Origin: Octopus bimaculoides
Taxonomy: Eukaryota
Length of the DNA stretch: 64,000 nucleotides
Assembly: GCF_001194135.2 (NCBI RefSeq)
Contig: NC_068991.1
Coordinates: forward strand, 32,019,609-32,083,608
Direction: 5' to 3'
The position numbers and the translations under genes are program-made. Each line of letters starts with the position of its first letter. Position 1 is the stretch's first letter. The notes under the pieces were generated by a model. The model was given only the letters and a program-made list of their open reading frames with translations, was not told the DNA's origin and did not search any database. Of the stretch, positions 13,381 through 24,326 are shown piece after piece.

Positions 13381-13404
13381 CTAGAAAGAGAAATTGGTGT
13401 AAAA

Positions 13405-13530
13405 ATTAATGTAGAATATAGGGGCATGTAGTATATTAATGGGGAACATAAGGACAAATAGAGTTAATGTTGAATAAAGGGACAAGTAGCATTAATATAG
13501 AATATAGGGATATGTACAGCAGTTAATGAC
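13405..13530. repeat. Diverged ~28-bp minisatellite (about 4 copies) just upstream, in transcript sense, of the 7-nt microexon acceptor
   Basis: Recurring ttaatgtagaatataggg / ttaatgttgaataaaggg / ttaatatagaatataggg unit. Confidence 0.65.
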
Positions 13531-15056
13531 ACCACAGCCAACAAATCTTACAACAAATGTCAATTGTGAGGGAATAAAAACATTTTGAATTTGTTAACAC
13601 TGAGAAGTTGTCTTGTGAAAGATGTTAATGTTGGTAATGAGAACATATGGTGGAGGAGAAGAACTATTGTTTCACTGTATAAAAAGTAATATATCTGAAG
13701 AAAGGATGGAGTTAGGAGTTGTGGGTCAATGTCGGTTGTACAGATATGATCAGACAGTTCAGTAATAATTATTCCTGTCTAGGACTACAATATTTATTTT
13801 GCTCTTTCCATTTTTAAGATGGTGGATGTAATCTTAGTGAGATTTAGTTGCTACTTGTAGCAGATCAAATGAACATACACAGGTTGGATTGTTTAGCCTT
13901 GGTCAAACTGAATTGAGAATATGTATCAGACACGCTTACTGTGACTATCCTATCTTGAGAGACAGAACAACTTATCTTCTTCAAGATAAAGAGGTGTGAT
14001 TTAAAGGCGATTTGGCTGCTATTTCTAGCAGATTGAGTTACTTAAAGTAATGAACAAGATAACTAAGGTCACATGACAACTTTTAATGAATCTTCAGCCA
14101 TTTGGAAACAAAAGGATTCCATGCAGAAGTGTGATGTTGAATGATAGGAAGCTGTATGATTGGTTGGAAGGAAGGAAGTTGAATATACTTGTTTGGTTGT
14201 GCAATATTAAATAATTTAGTGGACAGAAAATAACAGAGGTAAAAAAAAAAAAAAAAAATGGAAGAGAAACATCAAGACAGGTTTGGGAAGAAATATTAAA
14301 ACAATTATGAATCTTGATTATCTAAATTAATGAAAAATTGTTGATAAAATTATAATTTTTCTAACTTTAGAGATCAAGGGTGTTTTAATATTTACATTAC
14401 AGTTCAATCAGTTTGATCTGATTGAAATGTAATGCAGATGAAAATACTGAAAAATCTTTCAATAGTCTTAAAAATTAACTTAGAATTTAACTTTTGTTAA
14501 TAAACAATTTAAAGAAAAGAAAGAAATAACCCAGCCACCAACCACCTCCTCATGTACTTTTGCTTTTATTATAAAAGATTAAATAAAAAAAGAAGCAAAC
14601 TAAATAGAAAGACCAATGAATAGAAGAACAAGGAAAAATTATGAAAATTATTGGTTTATGGTCATTGTTTGTGTTGGACAACATAAATTAAGACACTAAT
14701 TACATTAGGTAATGAAGGATTCACAATCTAACTATTTTACATATACATGCTCATATTCTTAATTAACTCAATACAAGTCAGAAGAATAGAAAAGTGAAAG
14801 TTAATCTAACATTGCAGTTAGCTCTAGTTACAAAAGTAGGCTAAGAAAGTTTCAGTGACTTTCTGATTAAGGCCAACCCTGTCTTTTCTTATTGACAAAT
14901 GACAGTAGTGCAGAGGAGTTTGTAGTCAAGAATTTGACTATGTCAAGTCTTTCAGGTTTATAGTAACACTTTGCCCTATTTCAGAAGCATGAAACAAGAA
15001 TTCTTCAGGTTTAAACAGAGCTCTATTACCATTTACTGGATTGTTAACAGGCATAC

Positions 15057-15061
15057 ATTGA
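15057..15061 (-). other. Candidate 5-nt microexon (TCAAT)
   Basis: atatttgtgtttcag acceptor and a weaker AAT|gtatgc donor. Frameshifting on its own. Confidence 0.25.
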
Positions 15062-15249
15062 CTGAAACACAAATATGTTCACTCTTTTAAACTATGTTAT
15101 ATTGAAACAAGAGAGTCTAAATCATTAAAACTATGTAAAAATTCTAATAAAAGCAATTATGTAACAATCAATACTCCATAATCACTCAATAATTTTGGGA
15201 GTGAGTCAATAATGGAGTACCAAAGTGGTTGCTTAACCCGCTAGAAATA

Positions 15250-15600
15250 GCAGCTAAATCCCTTTCAAAGTATACACTCTCGACTCCGTCAGTCGTGATT
15301 GACTATGGGTGCATCTAAGAGGTTCCTCTCCAAGGTACAAGTCTGAGTGGAAAATTGCCTCACCGGTGAACACAACCTTGGGTTGTTTTTATGGAAGACC
15401 AGCAGTTGCCCATGCATACCAACCACCCCTCTCCATGCCACTGATGTTATCCAAGGGAAAGGCAAAGGCCGATACAGCTTGGCACCAGTGACGTTGCAAC
15501 TCATTTCTGTGGCTGAGTGAACAGGAGCAACGTGTCTTGTTCAAGAACACAACACACAGCCTGGTCCAGGAATCAAACTCACAACTTCACGATTGTAAGC
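15250..15600 (-). mobile_element. SINE-like repeat
   Basis: The reverse strand has a tRNA-like head (gtgagtttgattcctgg) followed by the tgtgttcttgaacaagacac core seen in many metazoan SINEs. Boundaries approximate. Confidence 0.55.
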
Positions 15601-15865
15601 TCATCTTTAAAAAAGAGGAATATATTAGATAAGTGAGTTTTCAACCATTTTTTACCTATGGACTCCTTTGATCATTATTTTATTCTGGTTGACCCCCATG
15701 GCCATTTTATGTTTAAAAACCATTTTATTGATACTTCTTTCAAAATTTCTATTTTGCTTTTCACCCATTCACTTGTGTTGGTTTGCAATAGCACCCACTG
15801 AAAGAACATGTTTCAGTGGTTGGAAACATGTTAAAATATGTAAAACATTAGAGAAAGAAACATAG

Positions 15866-17970
15866 GCTTAGGGAAAGCCCCCGGCCCATCAGGAATCTCT
15901 GCAGAGATGCTCAAAATATCTGGCAGTGTCGGCTATAGCCTAGTCACCCGTATTGTTAACCAGGTGATACATGAAGGAGTCATACCCAATGACTGGTGTA
16001 GCAGCACCATAGTCAACTGCTACAAAGGTAAAGGTGACGCTTTAGATACAAATAATTACAGAGGTATCAAGTTGTTAGATCAGGTAATGAAAGTCACGGA
16101 GAGGGTCATAGCCCAACTAATTAGGGAGAGAGTCAATTTAGATGAGATGCAGTTTGGATTTGTGCCAGGGAAAAGCACCACTGATGCTATATTTCTGGTA
16201 AGACAGCTGCAGGAGAAANNNNNNNNNNNNNNNNNNNNNNNNNNNNNNNNNNNNNNNNNNNNNNNNNNNNNNNNNNNNNNNNNNNNNNNNNNNNNNNNNN
16301 NNNNNNNNNNNNNNNNNNNNNNNNNNNNNNNNNNNNNNNNNNNNNNNNNNNNNNNNNNNNNNNNNNNNNNNNNNNNNNNCCTCCTATTTATCATAGTCCT
16401 CCAGGCGATAACGGAGGAATTCAAGACAGGATGCCCCTGGGAGCTCCTCTATACTGATGACCTTGCGCTAATTGCTGAGTCACTATCAGAACTAGAGGAG
16501 AAGTTCAGGTGTGGGAGCAAGGACTAGAATCGAAGGGCCTTAGAGTCAACTTAGCTAAAACCAAAGTCCTAATAAGTAGGAAGGTAGACAAAACACAAAC
16601 CCCTTCAGGTAGATAGCCTTGCTTGATCTGGAGAAAAGGCGTAGGTAGAAACTCTATAAGATGTACCCAGTGCAAGCTATGGACACATAAGAAGTGCAGC
16701 ATTATCAAAAGAAGGTTAACTAGGAAGTTAGTTTTTGAATGTGGCAGATGTTCAGGAGCAATAAACACTGAAAATGTGCAGAAAACAACTTTGGCCATAT
16801 TCCATGGAGAAAAACTAGATGTAGTTGATAACTTCCGCTATCTAGGAGACTAAGTTAATAGTGGGGGAGGGTGCGCTGAGAGTGTAGCTGCTAGAATAAG
16901 AATAGCCTGGGTAACGTTCAGAGAGCTCTTACCTCTGCTGGTGACAAGGGGCCTCTCACTCAGAGTAAAAGGCAGACTGTATGACGCATGTGTAGGAACA
17001 ACCATGTTTCATGGCAGTGAAACATGGGCCGTGACTGTGGAGGACATGCGTAGGCTCGCAAGGAATGAAGCCAGCATGCTCCGATGGATGTGTAATGTCA
17101 GTGTGCATACTAGACAGAGTGTAAGTACTTTGAGAGAAAAGTTGAACCTAAGAAGCAAGCATCAGTTGTAGTGTGCAACAGAGATGATTGTGCTGGTATG
17201 ATCATGTGGCGAGAATGGATGAGAATAGCTGTGTGAAAAAGTGCCACACCCTAGAAGTTGAGGGAACCTGTGGAAGAGATCCTGGGATGAGGTGGTGAGG
17301 CACAACCTTCGAACATTGGGCCTCACCGAGGCGATGACTTCTGACCGAGACCTTTGGAAATATGCTGTGCGTGAAAAGACCCAGCAAGCCAAGTGAGACC
17401 TAAATCCAAGGCCTCTGCCAGGGGTGTAGCCAGCCCACTTATGCGTACCTTGCTTTATTGGACACTAAACTCCACTTGCGAAGACCTGTTGAGGCAAGTG
17501 AAATCGGAATCGAACTAAATTCGATGACTAGCACCCATGCCAACGTTGTCTCCTTCATTGGACACGAAACTCGGCTTGCGAAGACCTGTTGGGGCAAGTG
17601 AAAGCAAAATCATGATGGCACCTGTGCCCAGAGTCGCCTTCCTGGTACTTGTGCCGGTGGCACGTGTAAAGACATTTGAGTGAGATCGTCGCCAGTGCCG
17701 CTTGACTGGCTCGTGTGCAGGTGGCACGTAAAATACACCACTTTGAGCGTGGCTGTTGCCAGTACCACCTGACTGGCCTTCATGCCGGTAGCACATAAAA
17801 GCACCCACTACACTCGGAGTGGTTGGCCTTAGGAAGGGCATCTAGCTTTAGAAACACTGCCAAATCAGATTGGAGCCTGGTGTAACCATCTGGTTCACCA
17901 GTCCTCGGTCAAATCGTCCAACCCATGCTAGCATGGAAAGCGGACGTTAAATGATGATGATGATGATGAT
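15866..17970 (+). mobile_element. 5'-truncated, decayed RTE-clade LINE: reverse transcriptase, C-terminal region, long GC-richer 3' end, (GAT)n tail
   Basis: KAPGPSGI, NYRGIKLL, QFGFVPGKSTTDAIF, LLYTDDL and HGSETW motifs across ORFs 15907-16527, 16623-16853 and 16941-17171. The tail ends gttaaat(gat)n. Confidence 0.9.
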
Positions 17971-18735
17971 GAAAGCAAAATTGTTTTCATAAACACTTAA
18001 AATTCTATTCTGGATTCCCAATTTATTATTTTGCTGGTTTGGGCTCCATAAAATCTTATATGGACCCTGGTTGAGAACCGCTGAATTAGAATTTTTTCTG
18101 GGTGGGGGAAGAAAACCCAAACAAAAAGCGACCTTTTAACTAAACTTGAGTAGTGTCTAAAGTGTCTTAAAATCACAACTGCTTAATGTTTGGTTAATTA
18201 CTTTCTTTAATTTAATGTTCACAATAAGATCTAATTTGTTTCCATCCAGAACATACAGTGTGATTTTTTCTGCATAATGTGTGAATAAGTAAGGCTGTGA
18301 TGTTAAAATGTTCACACAGCAATCACATGGTTCCAAAATTGATTCCACTGTATGGTACTATAGGCAAGTGTTTTTTACCCTAGCCTTGCATAGAACAGAA
18401 ACTGTGTGAAAGCCATGTTGATAGGCTAAACCACTTTTGGGATGGTTACACTTGCTTTTACCATCCAGCCATTAATGAAGTCTCTTCTGTGTGCTGTGAG
18501 ATGTAACAGAACCAGCAGTTCCTCCTTCCACTCCCCACTCTCACAGGTACTTGCCATTTATCCCTTCACATCACATCCATCTCCTTCCTATTGACCTTTC
18601 AATATCCACTATGAAAACACAATGTTGACTATGAAAGCACAAACAATGACCACAGACGCAGAAATGGTACCTCAGAACCTTAAGAGCAAAAAATCAAGAA
18701 TAAAAATTTGAAATTGCTGAGGAAGCAAAAACTTA

Positions 18736-18741
18736 CCAAGG
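18736..18741 (-). CDS. Candidate 6-nt in-frame microexon (TCCTTG; LQQVQ becomes LQHPWVQ)
   Basis: About 60 nt of U-rich tract ending tatttcag, donor TTG|gtaagt. Frame-preserving. Confidence 0.5.
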
Positions 18742-19400
18742 ACTGAAATATCAAATATGATAAAAGATTAAAAAATATAAACAAATAAATAAATAAATTG
18801 GTGAAAATAAAATCAAAATATTCTAATTTTTGTTTTTAAAGTTTAATCAGGAAGAAGGGACTGTGGCCTATGACCTCCAGAGGTCAATGTAGTTATGTTC
18901 ACCTTGAATAAATCAAAGTTAGAGTTAAACACAGGTTGAGGATTGACAACACTGCAGATAAAAAGGATTGGGTTAATGTTGTACTTTGAGGCAGGGGAGA
19001 AGATTTGGGTGGTGGTAGTGAAGAGCAGAGACTATTTTAGTATCAGTGCAATAAGCACAGAGAGGAGACACAATGTGTCTATCAGATGTTGGTGAGTTGA
19101 TGCTAGTCAGTAGCAGCACTGACCCTCCTATATGTGGTAGAGAAGTAATCCACAGTTTTTTGTGAATCTGAGATTGTCAGAAGAGATCATTAATCATGGT
19201 GAAGTGGCATGTGTGAGAGCAATTGTCTGTAATTTAATGGAAAAATACTCTGAAAGTAAAGTACCTCTGAAATGTGAATATAAATAGAATAAAACAAGTT
19301 TCGCGTAAATCACATATGGGTTTTGTTTCCACAAATTTATGCAGTGGAAGCTGGAGTTATTGCCCTTTAACGTAAACACCTAGATAGTTTTGTTGGCATA

Positions 19401-20948
19401 CTCCACTGACTTTGTTGCCTCATAACTTCCAGAAAAATGGATACTTTTTAACAAAATTTTCAACAAATACCACTGTGGACTCGGAATTTTTTGGGATTTA
19501 TGGGAAAGAACTTTTCCGAGGGGTTGGGGAGAGGAGTTTCGGAAAATGGATTTCTTTTAATGAAATTTTATACAAATATCTTTATAATCGTAATCTATGC
19601 TGTTTGAAAGGTATTTGTATAAAATTTCATTAAAAGATATCCGTTTTCCTGAAAGTTATGAGNNNNNNNNNNNNNNNNNNNNNNNNNNNNNNNNNNNNNN
19701 NNNNNNNNNNNNNNNNNNNNNNNNNNNNNNNNNNNNNNNNNNNNNNNNNNNNNNNNNNNNNNNNNNNNNNNNNNNNNNNNNNNNNNNNNNNNNNNNNNNN
19801 NNNNNNNNNNNNNNNNNNNNNNNNNNNNNNNNNNNNNNNNNNNNNNNNNNNNNNNNNNNNNNNNNNNNNNNNNNNNNNNNNNNNNNNNNNNNNNNNNNNN
19901 NNNNNNNNNNNNNNNNNNNNNNNNNNNNNNNNNNNNNNNNNNNNNNNNNNNNNNNNNNNNNNNNNNNNNNNNNNNNNNNNNNNNNNNNNNNNNNNNNNNN
20001 NNNNNNNNNNNNNNNNNNNNNNNNNNNNNNNNNNNNNNNNNNNNNNNNNNNNNNNNNNNNNNNNNNNNNNNNNNNNNNNNNNNNNNNNNNNNNNNNNNNN
20101 NNNNNNNNNNNNNNNNNNNNNNNNNNNNNNNNNNNNNNNNNNNNNNNNNNNNNNNNNNNNNNNNNNNNNNNNNNNNNNNNNNNNNNNNNNNNNNNNNNNN
20201 NNNNNNNNNNNNNNNNNNNNNNNNNNNNNNNNNNNNNNNNNNNNNNNNNNNNNNNNNNNNNNNNNNNNNNNNNNNNNNNNNNNNNNNNNNNNNNNNNNNN
20301 NNNNNNNNNNNNNNNNNNNNNNNNNNNNNNNNNNNNNNNNNNNNNNNNNNNNNNNNNNNNNNNNNNNNNNNNNNNNNNNNNNNNNNNNNNNNNNNNNNNN
20401 NNNNNNNNNNNNNNNNNNNNNNNNNNNNNNNNNNNNNNNNNNNNNNATTGGTCTGGAGTGGAATGATGAATGATGAAGGGGTTGTACAAAAAAATTTTTT
20501 AAACATTTTTTCATAAAAAGATGTTCCCTGTCCACATCATTTCGAAGGCTGTGGTTAAAAAAAAATGGGAAAAATTCCCATCAACACGGAGTAGTTCCAA
20601 CTTATATGGTCTTCCTGATCCGAAACTCCATTTTTAAAATTCCTCTTCCCACCTCCTTGGAAAAACTTTTACATACAAATATCTTTATAATCGTAATCTA
20701 TGCTGTTTGAAAGGTATTTGTATAAAATTTCATTAAAAGATATCCGTTTTCCTGAAAGTTATGAGGATAAAAAGTTGGATTGTGTGAATTATCTGAAACT
20801 CCTCACCCTACACCCTCAAAAAAATTATTTCCCATAAATCCCTATTTACTCTGAATCCACAGTATCTAAGCAGTATTTGTTGAAAATTTTGTTAAAAAGC
20901 ATCCAATTTTCTGGAAGTTATGAAGTAACAAAATCGGGTGAGTGGGGG
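19401..20948. mobile_element. TA-flanked foldback/MITE-like element with long TIRs (central 19663-20446 is gap)
   Basis: Left end ...cataacttccagaaaaatggatactttttaacaaaattttcaacaaatac is the inverse of right end gtatttgttgaaaattttgttaaaaagcatccaattttctggaagttatg. Further nested inverted blocks lie inside. Confidence 0.7.
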
Positions 20949-21179
20949 TATACATCTATGTTTATACAGTATAGTATAAAACTATACTGATATATTCACT
21001 ACATAGTAAAAAAAACTGCTTAGATTATAATTTTATTAATATATAATTAGAATGTTCTTTTACCTCAATACTCCTTTATTAATACCAGTATATACCTATT
21101 AATCAATATTCACAGATACCATCTGATGAGTTAGTATTTAAGAGTACAATATGTATAAATATTAAACTATTTCTGAATA

Positions 21180-21960
21180 ATTTCTTTTCCTCCCTCAATT
21201 GTGGTAAAAGTTTGGTATATACTCAAAAGTATCCATAAATTTCTATCCTTTTGTTAATATATTCTTCTTAATAACCCTCTGAATAGCCATAAACTTTATC
21301 TATATACAATATAGCAACATTGTTTGAAAACATTTAACTTTAGTACTACATGATAAGACTTCCCCTGTTTCATTATCAATGGTCTGCTAGTAGGAAACTC
21401 CCTTAGTGGTCAGCCAACATCTTGTTTTAAGTTTTCCTTTACCAAACCTCATGATTTTTATGACTATACCAACTATGATTTCTGTCTGCTCTCTCAGCCC
21501 TACCCCTAACAGATAATGCCCATTATTCTTTCAGCCTTAGATATACAAGGTTTGATAAACTAGTCTATAAATTAAAACTGACTCCATATAAACAAATAAA
21601 ATCAGTGACAGGCAGAGTCTTCTTGACAATTTATTTATTAACTTCTATGCTGTAGTAGAGGCAACATGTTCTATGTCTATCTCCTCAACTTCTTGGAGAT
21701 TTTAGGTATAATTATACTAATGTATCCATCTGTTCTAATTTAAATGAATTCTATGTTTCTGTGCAGCTGAGGATTGCTCTGCATTTTAAATTGATGCAAT
21801 GATTGCATTGTTCAACGATCATGAAATGATCGTACTGCATTACCTCTGGATATCCTTGTTGATTATTTTGATTTTAATCACCTTACTTTGAAATTGTATG
21901 GATAATACCATACTAAATTCTGGTGCCTCAACTTAAGTATCATATTCACCTGAATCTAAA
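21180..21960 (+). mobile_element. Possible very decayed Penelope-like reverse transcriptase remnant
   Basis: One frame reads IINGLLVGNSLSGQPTSCF, reminiscent of the Penelope GL.MGNPLSG motif. Everything else is fragmentary. Confidence 0.3.
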
Positions 21961-22893
21961 TTTTTGCTGAATTCATCTACCATACCCAAAGTATATATAT
22001 ATGTATGTATATATATATATATATTTCTATGTACACATGTATATATATATGTATATATACATGTATATGTGTTATTCTTTCTCTCTCTCTCATACACTCA
22101 CACGCATGCGCGCACATGCACACACAGGTATTTGAGAAATAATGTTTAAAAGTGAGATTAACCGGAAATAACCAAAGTATTATTTTACAAATTGTGAGCA
22201 GACGATAGCTGTGTATATATATTTCTATATACGTGTGTGTGTACACAACACACACATGCTCACTCACTCACACACATGTATTTGACAAACATCATTTAAA
22301 AATGAGACTAACTGGAATTAACCAAAGTGTCATTTTACGAATTGTAAGCAGACGATAGCTTTTTAAAGCTACGCCAATGTTTTAGAATCATCTCACTTAT
22401 GCTTGATAACTATTAATCTCCGAACTCTCCCAAATAAGACATCTAAAGTCAACATTAAGGTGAAGTACATTTCTAAATTCTTTGTTAGACCCTCCAGTGT
22501 TCACATTGTCAGTTACCATTCTCTTCACGAAGAATCCATCTGAAGTTTAAGCTGGATGTACTAGAAATAGCAGCCAAATCCTTCCTGTGAGCGGACAATA
22601 TATTCAATAACGATAATAACTTAAATGGTATATATATATATATAACGATTGCTATGAAAGCAAACAATACAAATTCATTTAATTCCTAATAATATTTAAT
22701 TATAAAAATATAAAAGGATTCTTAAAACATTGAATGAGGGTCCAGCAAAAGAGAATAGGAAAGGGGTCTATAAGCAAAAAAAGGGTTTGAGAACTACTGC
22801 TACTTCTATTATAGCCTTGGGCTGACCAAAGCCTTGTCTTTTTATTAAAATAGAAAAAAGATCCATACAAGAACAGCAAGTTTCCAAACTTAC

Positions 22894-22911
22894 TGGATGG
22901 GAGAGACATTA
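22894..22911 (-). CDS. Candidate 18-nt in-frame microexon (TAATGTCTCTCCCATCCA; inserts HNVSPI)
   Basis: ctctttcatcttcag acceptor and CCA|gtaagt donor. Stop-free in phase 2. Confidence 0.45.
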
Positions 22912-23162
22912 CTGAAGATGAAAGAGAAGGAGGGGGAGAGGTTTTTCTATTTATGGTGAAGTGTCTTCAAGATTGTGAAACATTTCTCATACATCATTTC
23001 TGTTTATAACAAAGATGTGATGTTCTAAACTGTTCCAGTAAGATCATAATAAGATGTTGTTATGTGATCATAAGCACTGAAAGACATCGTAACATGGTCA
23101 CACAACTGCTAGAAAGGTGCCACATAGCATGATCATAACTACAAGGAAGACATCATTACATA

Positions 23163-23953
23163 TATGTAGGATTTTCGAGCGAGATCGTTGCCAGTGCCCC
23201 TGGACTGGCTCTTGTGCGGGTGACACACGAAATACACCATTTTGAGCGTGGCCGTTGCCAGTACCGCCTGACTGGCCTTGTAGGATTTTCGAGCGAGATC
23301 GTTGCCAGTGCACCTGGACTGGCTCTTGTGCAGGTGGCACATAAAATACACCATTTTGAGCGTGGCCGTTGCCAGTACCGCCTGACTGGCCTTGTAGGAT
23401 TTTCGAGCGAGATCGTTGCCAGTGCACCTGGACTNNNNNNNNNNNNNNNNNNNNNNNNNNNNNNNNNNNNNNNNNNNNNNNNNNNNNNNNNNNNNNNNNN
23501 NNNNNNNNNNNNNNNNNNNNNNNNNNNNNNNNCATATATGTAGGATTTTCGAGCGAGATCGTTGCCAGTGCCCCTGGACTGGCTCTTGTGCGGGTGACAC
23601 ACGAAATACACCATTTTGAGCGTGGCCGTTGCCAGTACCGCCTGACTGGCCTTGTAGGATTTTCGAGCGAGATCGTTGCCAGTGCACCTGGACTGGCTCT
23701 TGTGCAGGTGGCACATAAAATACACCATTTTGAGCGTGGCCGTTGCCAGTACTGCCTGACTGGCCTCCGTGCGGGTGACACATAAAAGCACCCACTACAC
23801 TCTCGGAGTGGTTGGCGTTAGGAAGGGCATCCAGCTGTAGAAACTCTGCCAAATCAGATTGGAGCCTGGTATAGCCATCTGGTTTCACCAGTCCTCAGTC
23901 AAATCGTTCAACCCATGCTAGCATGGAAAGCGGACGTTAAACGATGATGATGA
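23163..23953 (+). mobile_element. RTE 3'-end-derived repeat with internal 114-bp tandem units and (GAT)n tail
   Basis: Units start at 23166, 23280, 23394 and 23540, 23654. The last ~170 bp match 17800-17970. Confidence 0.85.
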
Positions 23954-23988
23954 CTCCTTGCCATTGCCAGGTAATTATCAATTTGAAC
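23951..23988 (-). pseudogene. Truncated duplicate of the 59-nt reticulon exon (38 nt, VQIDNYLAMARS) with a dead acceptor
   Basis: Near-identical to 24326-24289 plus flanking acceptor sequence. ttacAG has become ttacTG, and the copy is cut by the (GAT)n tail of an RTE-type insertion. Confidence 0.85.
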
Positions 23989-24109
23989 CAGTAACAGCAA
24001 AAACATATTTGTTATAAACAGAAATAATGTATGTGAAATGTTCCACAATCTTGAAGGCACTTCACCATAAATAAAAAAAAAAAAACCTCTCCCCCTTCTC
24101 TTTCATCAT

Positions 24110-24250
24110 AAAACATGATCATAGCTACTAAGGAGATGTCATATGGCATGATGAAAACTACTATGGAGATTATATTACAAAGCATGGTCATAGCTACAAT
24201 GGAGATGTTATAAAGCATGATCATGGTTAGTAGGGAGATATCATAAAGTA
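24110..24250. repeat. Diverged ~33-bp minisatellite (about 4 copies) just downstream of the 59-nt exon donor; related array at ~23040-23160
   Basis: Recurring catgatcatagctac...ggagatgt unit. Confidence 0.7.
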
Positions 24251-24267
24251 AAAATGAAATATCTTAC

Positions 24268-24326
24268 TGCTGCAATATTTTATTGAATTGACTCCTCGCC
24301 ATTGCCAAGTAATTATCAATTTGAAC
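24268..24326 (-). CDS. RTN: Reticulon RHD exon 5 (59 nt): VQIDNYLAMARSQFNKILQ(Q)
   Basis: Acceptor ttttgttgttacag, donor CA|gtaaga. QID.YL motif of the RTN C-terminal amphipathic helix. 59 nt, phase 0 to 2. Confidence 0.96.

Noticed and set aside
18157-18348. ORF containing LDLIVNIKLKKVINQ, initially a candidate for the missing helix exon
   Set aside because: No suitable splice sites. The true exon was found at 24326-24268.
19595-20535. Long ORFs of 200-420 aa in the track (also 25823-26479, 37512-38783, 40464-41374, 53248-54094, 54716-55443)
   Set aside because: They are open only because they run through N-gaps and (TA)/(CA) microsatellites. There is no real coding signal.
22140-22360. 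Local ~70-bp direct duplication separated by a CA/TG tract (similar cases at 3978-4135 and the ~57-bp triplet at 63640-63780)
   Set aside because: Ordinary slippage-type duplications next to microsatellites, with no coding or structural signal.
23533-23700. Apparent second start of the repeat (catatatgtaggattttcg...) after the gap
   Set aside because: It appears identical to 23159-23330, including the unique flank, so it is most likely an assembly duplication across the gap. The unit count is therefore unreliable.
23166-23770. Regular GC-rich repeats resembling a CRISPR array
   Set aside because: The 114-bp units repeat in full with no unique spacers, sit inside a retroelement 3' end, and the context is eukaryotic with no cas genes.
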